A stretch of DNA of 57,482 nt from Erysipelotrichaceae bacterium (GTDB lineage Bacteria > Bacillota_I > Bacilli_A > RFN20 > CAG-826): the NCBI GenBank assembly GCA_012729405.1, contig JAAYDH010000020.1, forward strand, positions 1 through 57,482. Reading direction: 5' to 3'. Shown in pieces: positions 18,858-29,462 of this stretch. Under the pieces are notes generated by a model. It did no database searches and was not told the origin of the DNA. It saw nothing but the letters and a program-made list of their open reading frames with translations. Numbering within the stretch: position 1 is the first letter of the stretch; every line of letters begins with the position of its first letter. The position numbers were made by a program, and so were the translations under genes.

Positions 18858-19785
18858 GTGCCTTGCTCCTTAGACACTTGAAAAGTATATTCCAAAACTT
18901 TTTCACATCGATATCCATGGCTACATAGCAGTTCTTTGGGGCGTGTAAATAATCAAAAACATCGCAATTCGTTCTTCCGTGACTAGAACCATGCGAAATA
19001 TCTATTTCAACATTCATTTTTTTAAAATTAATCAAAGAATCGTCAATCAAGGAAGCAATGGTAACCGGATCATGAAGCGGAGCACCTTCAATATTAAAAG
19101 TCTTTCTTTGGTTATCTAAAAAGACGCGCATTAATTTAGCAAAAAATATCGACTTTTTGTTATTCAAAGCCAACGTTTTTTTAATTATCTCATCAGTAAC
19201 GAGAACTTTGCGCGTGATATTTAGGCCGATCATCTTAATCGGAATTCCTGAATTTACACAAATGTGAGCTGCTTCGGCATCAACAAGAATATTAAATTCT
19301 GCGGCGGGAGAAACGTTTCCGTTATCCACTGAGCCACCCATAAAAACAATTTCTTTTATACGATCAGAAATTTCCGGCTTCATGCGAAGAGCAAGAGCTA
19401 AATTTGTCATCGGACCTGTCGTGACTATAGTCACATCTTTATTTTTTGTTAGCAAGTCAATCATCAGCTCAGCTCCGTTCCTCTTATCAAACACTTCTTC
19501 GTAATTAGGAAAATCAAAGCCGTCTAATCCGCTTTCGCCGTGTACCTGCTCGCAAATCATAGGTTCAGTAACTAATGGTCTCGGGCTTCCCTTGGATATT
19601 GGGACATTTATGCCGAAGTAACGACAAATGTTTAAAGTGTTATGAGATGTTTTTTCAATGGTTTGATTGCCTGAAACCACGGAGATACCCAATAACTTGA
19701 TTTGAGACGAACACGCCGCTAATAGGATTGCCACAGCATCATCGTGGCCAGGATCACAATCGAGAATTATTTTTATTTTTTCCAT
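18850..19785 (-). CDS. Nucleoside hydrolase (inosine/uridine-preferring, Rih/IunH family)
   Basis: N-terminal DCDPGHDDAVAILLA motif, 311 aa. It overlaps the rbsK start by 8 nt, suggesting an operon. Confidence 0.9.
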   Translation of the reverse strand: MEKIKIILDCDPGHDDAVAILLAACSSQIKLLGISVVSGNQTIEKTSHNTLNICRYFGINVPISKGSPRPLVTEPMICEQVHGESGLDGFDFPNYEEVFDKRNGAELMIDLLTKNKDVTIVTTGPMTNLALALRMKPEISDRIKEIVFMGGSVDNGNVSPAAEFNILVDAEAAHICVNSGIPIKMIGLNITRKVLVTDEIIKKTLALNNKKSIFFAKLMRVFLDNQRKTFNIEGAPLHDPVTIASLIDDSLINFKKMNVEIDISHGSSHGRTNCDVFDYLHAPKNCYVAMDIDVKKFWNILFKCLRSKAHE

Positions 19786-19787
19786 AG

Positions 19788-20981
19788 TTATGCCCTCATC
19801 ATATCAATAACAACAGCGATCATTTTTTCAAATTCTTGTACAACCATATATTCAAACCGGCCATGGTGATTGTAACTTCCAGTTCCTAAGTTTGGTGTAA
19901 CCAAACCCATCTTTGAGAACGTTGCTCCATCAGTGCCTCCGCGAATTTTTGTGCTCCTTGGAGTTATTCCGTTTTTCAGCAAGCATTTTTTCGCGAGTTC
20001 AATCGGACGCGGATCTTTCTCTACGTATGGTCTCATATTTTCATATTGTTTATTGACTTTAATCTCGATGTAAATTTTTGGATATTTTGTTTTTAGAGAA
20101 TCCACAATCTCGTACAATAAAGCAATTCTATTTTGAAGATTGTCATCATCAAAGTCTCTGAGAATCATCTCTAGTTCAGCCGACTCACTACTGCCATTCA
20201 ATGAATTGATATGCCAGTAACCATCATTAGGACCGGCATCAAAAGGGGTTTCTTTTGCCGGTAGACCTGATATCAACTCATGCAAAACGAGAATCGCATT
20301 AATTAAGGAGTTTTTCCCTTCGCCAGGATGAACAGCGACGCCACGAATAAAAATTTTCGCAGCCGCAGCGTTGAAGTTTTCAAAATCGATGCAATCAATG
20401 AAGCTGCCATCTATAGTAACCGCATAATCAGCATCCATCTTTTTCAAATCAAAATGAGCTGCGCCCATGCCGATTTCTTCATCACAAGTGAAAGCCACTG
20501 AGATGCTTTTATGTTTGACGTCTGAATTTTTATGGAAGTACTCCAAAGCAGACATAATAATGGCGATACCCGCTTTATCGTCTGCTCCGAGCAAAGTTTC
20601 TCCATTTGTAACAACCAAATCTTTTCCGATATGTCTTGCGAGATCGGGAAATTGTTTGCTGGACAAAATATATTTATCATTTAATTTGATGTCATTACCA
20701 TCCCATTTTTCGACGATTCGGGGCTGACAATGTGTATTTGTAACTTCAAGGGCGGTATCGACATGTGAATTAAAACCGATTTTATCTCCGACTCCAGGCA
20801 GGTGGGCGTATACAATACCAAACTCATCCATATATGCATCAGATAATCCAAGTTCTTTTAGTTCTTTAACTAAGAGGATTGATAAATCCTTTTGCTTGAG
20901 GGTCGAGGGTACTGTCTTGCTTTTATCATCCGCCTGTGTGTCAATTTTTGCGTATCTGATAAATCTTTCAATATTTTTCAT
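19788..20981 (-). CDS. pepT: Peptidase T (tripeptidase, M20B)
   Basis: MKNIERFIRYAKIDTQ N-terminus, HVDT, GADDKAG, and DEEIG metal-ligand blocks. Start trimmed to ATG 20981. Confidence 0.88.
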   Translation of the reverse strand: MKNIERFIRYAKIDTQADDKSKTVPSTLKQKDLSILLVKELKELGLSDAYMDEFGIVYAHLPGVGDKIGFNSHVDTALEVTNTHCQPRIVEKWDGNDIKLNDKYILSSKQFPDLARHIGKDLVVTNGETLLGADDKAGIAIIMSALEYFHKNSDVKHKSISVAFTCDEEIGMGAAHFDLKKMDADYAVTIDGSFIDCIDFENFNAAAAKIFIRGVAVHPGEGKNSLINAILVLHELISGLPAKETPFDAGPNDGYWHINSLNGSSESAELEMILRDFDDDNLQNRIALLYEIVDSLKTKYPKIYIEIKVNKQYENMRPYVEKDPRPIELAKKCLLKNGITPRSTKIRGGTDGATFSKMGLVTPNLGTGSYNHHGRFEYMVVQEFEKMIAVVIDMMRA

Positions 20982-21041
20982 AAAAACCTCGTAAATAAAT
21001 ACTAGCACAAAAAAGAACCTTTCTTTAAAAGAAAATCCTGT

Positions 21042-21069
21042 TTGTTAAATGAGCTAAATGACATATAAT
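21042..21069 (+). promoter_or_regulatory. Candidate sigma-70 promoter (TTGTTA - 16 nt - TATAAT)
   Basis: -35 at 21042-21047 and a consensus -10 at 21064-21069. The -10 lies inside the longest version of the downstream ORF. Confidence 0.4.
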
Positions 21070-21666
21070 ATTCTCGTTATGAACCAACAAATTGAAATTA
21101 AACGCAAAATCTTTGAGGTCATTGAAACTCTCGGAGAACGAAGCAAGAAAGTTATTCGGAAGAATAAAGAGTTCTTTCTCAAGGACTTTGGCGATGACGT
21201 TCAGGGCTATGAACGCTATCTTGATTCGGCTCACAAATTATCCGTATCCGGCATCTTATCGCCGAAAGTTTACTGTCACGATAAGAAAAGTCATATTGTT
21301 GTTGCAGAATATATTCCAGGATTGACAGCGCTTGACGATCTTTTGAAAGACGATTTACCCGAAGAATACTTCGCACAAATATTTGCTTTTAACTGGTACA
21401 TGAAGAACGCCAAAATTCTTTTGAATTTTGATCCTAAAAATTACAAATTTTACGAAAAAAGACTTTACTACATTCCACAACTTTTTGAAAAATACGATGA
21501 AAAGAAGACGTTTGAGAAGGCGGGCATTTGGTACTGGTTCTACTGCCGTGAGTTTACTAAATATTTGGAAACTAACGGAATCGCAATCGATCAAAAAAGA
21601 GCTGATATTGAACAAGCGGCCATCAATAAGAAAATCGCCTTAACCGTGGTTAAACACTATCGCTAA
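21058..21666 (+). CDS. Hypothetical protein, possibly a protein-kinase-like (Kdo/RIO/APH-like) fold
   Basis: 202-aa ORF with an N-lobe-like pattern (FFLKDF, hinge-like VVAEYIPG) and a degenerate catalytic-loop-like LLNFDPKNY. The stop lies 4 nt before the prs ATG. The start is ATG 21058 or ATG 21079. Confidence 0.5.
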   Translation: MTYNILVMNQQIEIKRKIFEVIETLGERSKKVIRKNKEFFLKDFGDDVQGYERYLDSAHKLSVSGILSPKVYCHDKKSHIVVAEYIPGLTALDDLLKDDLPEEYFAQIFAFNWYMKNAKILLNFDPKNYKFYEKRLYYIPQLFEKYDEKKTFEKAGIWYWFYCREFTKYLETNGIAIDQKRADIEQAAINKKIALTVVKHYR

Positions 21667-21670
21667 TTTT

Positions 21671-22579
21671 ATGAAAGATTATATTGTATTTTCGTTATCC
21701 CAAAACAAAAAATTAGCTCGTGAGCTAGCTTTAAAATTGAATGCGAAAGTCGGTCGTGTATCAATGACTCGATTTGCTGACGGCGAGGTATTGGTGAAAA
21801 CCCTTTCTAATGTAAAAGGTAAGGACGCCATTGTTATCGAGTCGACGTACAAAGATGCTCATGAGCGTATTTTTGAACTCCTTTTATTGCTTGATTCTAT
21901 CAATCGCTCAGGCGCCAACTCTATTCAACTTTTTATCCCATATTTTGGTTACTCAAGACAAGAAAGAGTCAGCTGGATCAATGAACCAGTAAGCTGCGAA
22001 GTAGTGGCAAGAATCATTGAAACAGCAGGCTATGATTCACTAGCAACTTTTGACTTGCATCACCCCATTATTGAGAAGTTCTTTAAGCGTTCGATTTTAA
22101 ACATTAGTACTAGCAGGGTTTTCATCGACTACTATTTAAACTACATGAAAGAGAACAATTTAAAACCAAGCGATATCGTTATCGTTTCACCTGATCATGG
22201 AGCCAATCATAGAGCTGATGCGCTTGTAGGTCCAATCGGAGAAGCTAAGGTTATTCTTGATAAAGTGCGCGCTAGATATAACGTTGCCGAACACCTTGTT
22301 GTCGATGATAAATTAGTTAAAAACAAAGTTTGTATCATAATTGATGATATTATTGATACAGGGGGAACAATCATTTCTGCGACCAACCTTTTGTATAAAC
22401 AAGGGGCGAGAAAAGTTCTAATCGGCGCCAGTCATGCTGTATTTTCCACCCACAACATTAAAAAAATTAAAAAAGCTAACATTGTTGACATTGTGGTCAC
22501 AAATACGATTGAACAAAAATTAAACAAAGATATTAAGATACTCGATATTTGTCCATTAATTTTGCAAAATATAAAATAA
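21671..22579 (+). CDS. prs: Ribose-phosphate pyrophosphokinase (PRPP synthetase)
   Basis: 302 aa with FADGE, YFGYSRQE, DLH and the PRPP loop IIDDIIDTGGT. Confidence 0.93.
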   Translation: MKDYIVFSLSQNKKLARELALKLNAKVGRVSMTRFADGEVLVKTLSNVKGKDAIVIESTYKDAHERIFELLLLLDSINRSGANSIQLFIPYFGYSRQERVSWINEPVSCEVVARIIETAGYDSLATFDLHHPIIEKFFKRSILNISTSRVFIDYYLNYMKENNLKPSDIVIVSPDHGANHRADALVGPIGEAKVILDKVRARYNVAEHLVVDDKLVKNKVCIIIDDIIDTGGTIISATNLLYKQGARKVLIGASHAVFSTHNIKKIKKANIVDIVVTNTIEQKLNKDIKILDICPLILQNIK

Positions 22580-22584
22580 ATCTT

Positions 22585-22625
22585 AGAGTGTTGTCCTTGC
22601 CTAACCACTCATAAAAACAAGGAGG
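22585..22625 (+). promoter_or_regulatory. Candidate preQ1-I riboswitch (H-type pseudoknot sequestering the queT SD)
   Basis: P1 is GAGTG (22586-22590) paired with CACTC (22606-22610). The A-rich tail ATAAAAA follows. P2 is TCCTTG (22594-22599) paired with CAAGGA (22618-22623), which overlaps the AAGGAGG SD. It sits directly upstream of queT. Confidence 0.6.
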
Positions 22626-22632
22626 AAAAATT

Positions 22633-23136
22633 TTGAAAATTTCAATTAAAGATATAGCCTATAATGGGATTATTGCAGCGCTATATGTTGTCTTAACTTT
22701 AGCAACCTACAACTTTTCATATGGACCGATACAATTCCGCGTGGCAGAAATTTTGGTCTTGCTTTGTTTTTTCCGCAAAGATTATATCCTTGGTTTAACC
22801 ATTGGATGTTTTATCGCCAATATATTTTCAAGTGTCCATATTTTAGATATCGTGTTTGGAACAACCGCAACACTAATTGCTTGTTTGCTTGTTTCATATT
22901 CAAAAATTCTACTAGTTGCTATTTTGTACCCCGTGGTGGCCAATGGTTTATTAGTCGGACTGATGTTATTTATTATCGTTGATTCAACCGTATCTTTTTG
23001 GTTCTATGCTGGCACAGTTGCTTTGGGTGAATTAGTGGTAATGGTGGCCGCTTATATATTATTTTTCATACTCCGAAGGCAAGATACATTTTTAAAGCTT
23101 ATTCGAGCAAATCAGAACCTTGCTTTTAAACTATGA
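22633..23136 (+). CDS. queT: Queuosine-precursor transporter QueT (ECF S-component-like)
   Basis: 167 aa with 5-6 TM. The N-terminus IAYNGIIAALYVVLT...GPIQFRVAEIL is typical of QueT. TTG start 7 nt after GGAGG. Confidence 0.8.
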   Translation: MKISIKDIAYNGIIAALYVVLTLATYNFSYGPIQFRVAEILVLLCFFRKDYILGLTIGCFIANIFSSVHILDIVFGTTATLIACLLVSYSKILLVAILYPVVANGLLVGLMLFIIVDSTVSFWFYAGTVALGELVVMVAAYILFFILRRQDTFLKLIRANQNLAFKL

Positions 23137-23146
23137 TAATGTTTAA

Positions 23147-24282
<1,136 letters not shown>

Positions 24283-24283
<1 letters not shown>

Positions 24284-25314
24284 TGGATATTAATCTTTTT
24301 GATTTCACTTTGCCCGATGAGCTGATTGCTCAGAAACCGGCCGATAAGAGAGATCATTCTCGCCTTTTGACTATCAATTATGGAGCCAAAACTATTACCG
24401 ATGAACATTTTTATGACATCGTTAAGTATTTCAAAAAAGGGGATATTTTGGTTCGAAACAACACAAAAGTTATTCCGGCTAGACTTCTGGGTGTAAAAGA
24501 AAACACCGGCGCTCATTGCGAACTGCTACTTTTAAAACAAATCGTTAATGATGACTGGGAGTGTTTGTGCCGCCCTGCCAAATCGTTGAAAGTTGGCGCT
24601 TTTGTTACCTTTGGTAACGGATCTCTAATAGCCCAATGTGTCGAAGAAAGAGAAGAGGGATTAAGGATCTTCCGTTTTATATATAAAGGCATCTTTCTTG
24701 AAGTGCTTGATAAGTTGGGCAAAATGCCCCTTCCGCCATACATTAAAGAACAAATAACAACCAACGATCGTTATCAGACCGTGTATGCCAAATTAGAAGG
24801 AAGCGCGGCAGCGCCAACAGCTGGTTTTCACTTTACTGATGACATTTTTAAACAACTTAAAGAAAAAGGTGTCGAAGTATTGTATATCACCCTCCACATT
24901 GGATTAGGAACATTTCGTCCTGTCCAAGTCGCTGATACAAAAGAACACTTAATGCATAGTGAAGCCTATGAAATAAGCGAGACAACGGCCGCTATGTTAA
25001 ACCAAGCAAAAAATCAAAAAAGAAGAATTATTGCCATTGGCACTACGACAGTTAGAACACTCGAATCAAACTATTCCAAATATGGATTATTTAAACCTAC
25101 AAGAGAATCCACCAACATATTTATTCAGCCTGGTTATGAGTTCAAAGTGGTGGACGCATTAATCACAAATTTTCATCTTCCTAAGTCTACTCTTATTATG
25201 TTGGTATCTGCTTTTATGGATCGACAATTTACGCTTGAAGCTTATCACCACGCCGTCAAAGAAAAATATCGGTTTTTCTCATTTGGTGATGGAATGTTTA
25301 TTTATGGCAAATAA
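24283..25314 (+). CDS. queA: S-adenosylmethionine:tRNA ribosyltransferase-isomerase
   Basis: 343 aa with FDFTLPDELIAQKP, GSAAAPTAGFHFT and AIGTTTVRTLES blocks. Confidence 0.95.
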
Positions 25315-25939
25315 GAAAAACTATCAAAAAATTTTGAAAAATACCCTCGATTTGATTGATATTAATTGCAAACCGACACTTTTGCTTCATGCCTGTTGTG
25401 GCCCTTGCTTCACTATTCCATTCGAAGAGTTATCACCTTTTTTTAAAATTTCTGTAATGTATAACAACTCCAACATTTACCCCAAAGATGAGTATCGTCG
25501 ACGCCTTCAGGAACTCAAGGATTACATTAAGAAGGTGAATCCCGAAATAGAACTTTTCGAGGATCCATACGATAACACAACCTACATGAAAGACTTAGAA
25601 AAATATGGAGACATGCCTGAAGGTCATGAAAGATGCCGCGTTTGTTTTCGCAAGAGATTGTCTCGTGGATATGAGTATGCTGAGACAAAGGGCTTTGATT
25701 ATTACGGAACAGTGATGACCATCTCTCGATACAAGAATGCCCAGGATATTAATCAAATTGGTGAAGAGTTGGAAAAAAGTCATCGACATACAAAATGGCT
25801 ATATGCAGATTTTAAAAAAGATAACGGATACGAAAAATCACTGCTAATTATTCAAGAGAACGAAATGTATCTCCAAGAATACTGTGGTTGTATTTATTCC
25901 TATCAAAGCTACTTGAAGCGAAGAAATAAAAACAGCTGA
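25304..25939 (+). CDS. queH: Epoxyqueuosine reductase QueH (DUF208)
   Basis: LLLHACCGPC and CRVCF cysteine motifs. Start set at ATG 25304 (MANKKNY), overlapping the queA stop by 11 nt. Confidence 0.85.
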   Translation: MANKKNYQKILKNTLDLIDINCKPTLLLHACCGPCFTIPFEELSPFFKISVMYNNSNIYPKDEYRRRLQELKDYIKKVNPEIELFEDPYDNTTYMKDLEKYGDMPEGHERCRVCFRKRLSRGYEYAETKGFDYYGTVMTISRYKNAQDINQIGEELEKSHRHTKWLYADFKKDNGYEKSLLIIQENEMYLQEYCGCIYSYQSYLKRRNKNS

Positions 25940-26060
25940 AAAATGAAAAATTGACCCTTAAAAATCGGTTTTTCAAAGATAAAGAGCTGTTTTTTTGTGT
26001 GACTTTCCTGGTTTTTGACCAGCAAACCATCGTGATCGCGTTTAAAATTTATTAAAGGTA

Positions 26061-26090
26061 TTGACACGCTCACGTGTATAGGAGTATATT
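26061..26090 (+). promoter_or_regulatory. Candidate promoter of the S10 ribosomal operon (TTGACA - 17/18 nt - TATATT)
   Basis: Consensus -35 at 26061-26066 and a -10-like GTATAT/TATATT at 26084-26090. This leaves a leader of about 130 nt before rpsJ. Confidence 0.55.
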
Positions 26091-26223
26091 TTTCCTGTTG
26101 ACTGTTCGCGTTGATGTGCGAGGTTGCTGATACACCCACAGGCGTTGTCATGAAAAGGGTATCAGGGAATTCGTGCAGAGCAAACCAAGTCAAAGCCTGA
26201 AGAAAGAAATAGGAGGAAATTTC

Positions 26224-26535
26224 ATGGCAAAAGTTACCAAGATTCGGGTTCGCTTAAAAGCCTATGATCACGCCAATCTCGATTTGAGTGCTGGCAAGAT
26301 TGTTGACGCAGCGAAAAAAACTGGGGCGACCGTTATAGGTCCCATTCCGCTACCGACGGAAAAACAAGTCTATACGATTTTAAGAGCGGTTCATAAGTAC
26401 AAAGATTCTCGTGAACAATTCGAAATTCGCACACACAAACGTATCATCGATATTACAAATCCCAAGAAAGAAACAATCGACGCTCTCAAAAACCTCGATT
26501 TACCATCTGGAGTTGATATCGAAATCAAACTATAA
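26224..26535 (+). CDS. rpsJ: 30S ribosomal protein S10
   Basis: [16 protein letters not shown]... preceded by ataggagg. The upstream part of ORF 26173 is discarded. Confidence 0.97.
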   Translation: MAKVTKIRVRLKAYDHANLDLSAGKIVDAAKKTGATVIGPIPLPTEKQVYTILRAVHKYKDSREQFEIRTHKRIIDITNPKKETIDALKNLDLPSGVDIEIKL

Positions 26536-26549
26536 GGAGGCAAGACAAT

Positions 26550-27278
26550 ATGAAAGCAATTTTAGGCCGAAAAATGGGCATGACCCAAGTCTTCTCAGAA
26601 GATGGCACAATGTACCCCGTTACAGTTGTTGAAGTCTTACCCAATATTGTCACGGACGTTAAAACTCTAGAGAAACACGGCTATGTGGCAGTGCAAGTTG
26701 GCTACGAAGACAAAAAAGCTTCCCGCGCTAACAAACCAGAGATGGGCATCGCTAAGAAAGCGAATACCACCCCACACCAAGTTCACGCTGAATTAAGAGG
26801 CGATGAAATGGCAAATTATAAACTAGGCGATGCGATTAAAGCCGACTTATTCAATAAGGGCGATGTCGTTGACATTATCGGAACCGCCAAAGGACACGGT
26901 TTCTCCGGAACAATCAAACGTTGGAACGGACACATCGGTCCAAAGGGACACGGTTCAGGTTATCACCGCGGACAAGGATCATTCGCAAACAACGGTCGAT
27001 ACAATCACGGTGTTATGCCTGGCAAGCACATGGCCGGCCACTACGGAAATGAATCTTCAACTCTATTAAATGTCTATGTTATAGACGTTAACGTTGAGAA
27101 TAATTACATCCTCATCAAAGGTGGAATACCAGGTGCTAAGAAATCAATTGTGACTATTAGAAGCGCAATTAAGGATGTTAGAAATCCAAAAACCATTAAG
27201 AACTTACTCGTTCGCAAATCAACTGAAACCCCATTAGTGGAAGAAGTTGCTGTTGCCGAGGAAGCCAAAGCTGAATAG
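26550..27278 (+). CDS. rplC: 50S ribosomal protein L3 (about 30-aa C-terminal extension)
   Basis: The MKAILGRKMGMTQVF start is typical of L3. At 242 aa it is longer than the usual 209 or so, and the tail is E/A/V-rich. Confidence 0.97.
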   Translation: MKAILGRKMGMTQVFSEDGTMYPVTVVEVLPNIVTDVKTLEKHGYVAVQVGYEDKKASRANKPEMGIAKKANTTPHQVHAELRGDEMANYKLGDAIKADLFNKGDVVDIIGTAKGHGFSGTIKRWNGHIGPKGHGSGYHRGQGSFANNGRYNHGVMPGKHMAGHYGNESSTLLNVYVIDVNVENNYILIKGGIPGAKKSIVTIRSAIKDVRNPKTIKNLLVRKSTETPLVEEVAVAEEAKAE

Positions 27279-27299
27279 GAACGGAAGGAGAACTAGAAC

Positions 27300-27938
27300 A
27301 TGGCAGAAAAGAAATCAGTTAGCGTCAAAGTCTACGATATGGCTGGCGCAGAAGTTTCCAAAATTGCATTAGATGCTAGCGTCTTCGGAATCGAACCACA
27401 CACTCAAGCAATGTTCGACGCCGTTCAAGTCGATCAAGCGAACTCCCGTCAAGCGACAGCTAAGACCAAAGTTCGTCACGAAGTTAGTGGCGGTGGTAAA
27501 AAACCATGGAGACAAAAAGGAACCGGTCGAGCACGCGCTGGTTCAAGCCGCTCCCCAATCTGGGTTGGCGGCGGTACGGTCTTTGGACCGGTGGGAGATC
27601 AAAACTACAAAATCTCCCAAAACAAAAAGGAACACAACTTAGCCTTAAGAAGCGCCTTGTCCTTAAAAGTTAAAGACGGCCTAAAGGTTGTTGATAGTAT
27701 CAAATTCGAAGAAGGTAAGACCAAAGCATTTGTGTCCTTCCTTGGTGCCCTAAAAGCAGATTCGAAAGCCCTCGTTGTCGTGAAGAGCATTGATCTTGAA
27801 ATTTTCAAAGCTTCCCGCAACGTTGGACACGCCAAAGTTGTGACTGCGGACAATGTGAGTGTCACCGATTTACTTAATGTCAATCACGTGATCATGAGCA
27901 AAGAAGCAGTGAAAGAAGTAGAGGAGGCATTAAAGTAA
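27300..27938 (+). CDS. rplD: 50S ribosomal protein L4
   Basis: Position in the S10 operon, plus the KPWRQKGTGRAR motif. Confidence 0.97.
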   Translation: MAEKKSVSVKVYDMAGAEVSKIALDASVFGIEPHTQAMFDAVQVDQANSRQATAKTKVRHEVSGGGKKPWRQKGTGRARAGSSRSPIWVGGGTVFGPVGDQNYKISQNKKEHNLALRSALSLKVKDGLKVVDSIKFEEGKTKAFVSFLGALKADSKALVVVKSIDLEIFKASRNVGHAKVVTADNVSVTDLLNVNHVIMSKEAVKEVEEALK

Positions 27939-27939
27939 T

Positions 27940-28281
27940 ATGGCAAAAAAGAAAGTCGAAGCTAAAGCTTCCGCAAACTTCGCAAAAGCGACTGACAAAG
28001 ACTTCCAAGTCATTCTCAAACCAGTAATCACTGAAAAGAGCATGGCTCTCATGCAAAACGAAAACAAAGTCACAGTCAAAGTCCTTGCCTCTGCCAACAA
28101 GACTGACATCAAGTTAGCTTTCCAAAGATTATTTAAAGTGAAAGTGGTCGATGTCAAAGTCAGCAACGTGAAGAGCAAGTCGACAACCAGAGGAACACGC
28201 TTTAGCGGAACTCTCTCTGGATATAAGAAGGCCGTGGTTACGATCGCAGAAGGCGAAGCCATTGACCTCTTCAAGGAATAA
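27940..28281 (+). CDS. rplW: 50S ribosomal protein L23 (short K/A-rich N-terminal extension)
   Basis: ILKPVITEKS core, with operon position. Confidence 0.95.
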   Translation: MAKKKVEAKASANFAKATDKDFQVILKPVITEKSMALMQNENKVTVKVLASANKTDIKLAFQRLFKVKVVDVKVSNVKSKSTTRGTRFSGTLSGYKKAVVTIAEGEAIDLFKE

Positions 28282-28317
28282 CCCGATGGTTAGTTCCAAA
28301 TTATAGGAGGAAGACAA

Positions 28318-29151
28318 ATGTCTATTAGAACTTACAGACCTACGACACCAAGCCGTAGAAACATGACAAACTCGACATTTGGTGAAATCACAACAAGTAC
28401 TCCTGAGAAAAGTTTATTAGTTACATTAGCCAAATCCGGTGGCCGTAATAACCAAGGTGTGATTACCTGCCGCCACATTGGTGGAGGTCATAAGCGCAAA
28501 TACCGCATTATCGACTTCAAACGTAACAAAGACAATATCCCAGGAATTGTGAAAACCATCGAGTATGATCCAAACCGCAATGCAAATATCTGCTTAGTCG
28601 CCTATTTAGATGGTGAAAAGAGATACATTCTTGCGCCAAAAGATATCAAAGTCGGCTACAAAGTTATCTCTGGAGAAGTCGTTGATATCATGCCCGGAAA
28701 CGCGATGTGCTTAAAGAACATTCCAGAAGGCACATTCATTCACAACGTTGAATTAGAACCAGGAAGAGGCGGACAACTCTGTCGCGCAGCCGGCACTGCC
28801 GCTCAAATCCTCGGTACCGAAGGTAAATATGTTACCCTTCGCCTCGCTTCCGGCGAGATGAGAAAAATCTTAGGCGAATGCCGTGCCACTGTTGGCTCGG
28901 TCGGCAATGAAGATTGGAATCTCATCAACAAAGGTAAAGCCGGCAAAGGAAGATGGTTAGGTGTCAGACCAACCGTCCGAGGTTCCGCAATGGACCCAGT
29001 CGATCACCCACACGGTGGTGGTGAAGGCAAGTCCCCAGTTGGACGAGACGCGCCACGCACACCATGGGGTAAGCGTGCTCTCGGTGTAAGGACCAGAGAC
29101 GCCAAAAAAGCATCCGGCAAATTAATCGTCCGTCGCCGGAATGCTAAGTAA
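28318..29151 (+). CDS. rplB: 50S ribosomal protein L2
   Basis: 277 aa with GGGHKR, and HPHGGGEGK motifs. Confidence 0.98.
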   Translation: MSIRTYRPTTPSRRNMTNSTFGEITTSTPEKSLLVTLAKSGGRNNQGVITCRHIGGGHKRKYRIIDFKRNKDNIPGIVKTIEYDPNRNANICLVAYLDGEKRYILAPKDIKVGYKVISGEVVDIMPGNAMCLKNIPEGTFIHNVELEPGRGGQLCRAAGTAAQILGTEGKYVTLRLASGEMRKILGECRATVGSVGNEDWNLINKGKAGKGRWLGVRPTVRGSAMDPVDHPHGGGEGKSPVGRDAPRTPWGKRALGVRTRDAKKASGKLIVRRRNAK

Positions 29152-29166
29152 AGGAGGAAACTGATT

Positions 29167-29451
29167 ATGGCAAGAAGTTTGAAAAAAGGTGCCTTCGTCG
29201 ATGAATCATTGATGAAGAAAGTCGAAAAGATTAATGCTTCTGGTAAAAAAGAAATCATTAAAACTTGGAGCCGCCGCTCAACAATTTATCCATCATTTGT
29301 CGGTCTCACCTTTGCTGTTTATAACGGAAAAGAACACATCACCGTCTATATCACCGAAGATATGGTCGGTCACAAGTTAGGTGAATTCTCACCGACTCGG
29401 AAGTTCACCGGTCACGGTGGTTCTGCGGATAAGTCCGCAGGTGCTAAGTAG
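29167..29451 (+). CDS. rpsS: 30S ribosomal protein S19
   Basis: [12 protein letters not shown] start, with operon position. Confidence 0.97.
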   Translation: MARSLKKGAFVDESLMKKVEKINASGKKEIIKTWSRRSTIYPSFVGLTFAVYNGKEHITVYITEDMVGHKLGEFSPTRKFTGHGGSADKSAGAK

Positions 29452-29462
29452 GAGGTTAGAAC

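Noticed and set aside
25928-25994. A long-range hairpin, AAAAACAGCT pairing with AGCTGTTTTT, after queH, considered as a terminator or ncRNA.
   Set aside because: The loop is about 47 nt and AT-rich, so the stem is unlikely to nucleate co-transcriptionally. At best it is a weak terminator, and I did not list it as a feature.
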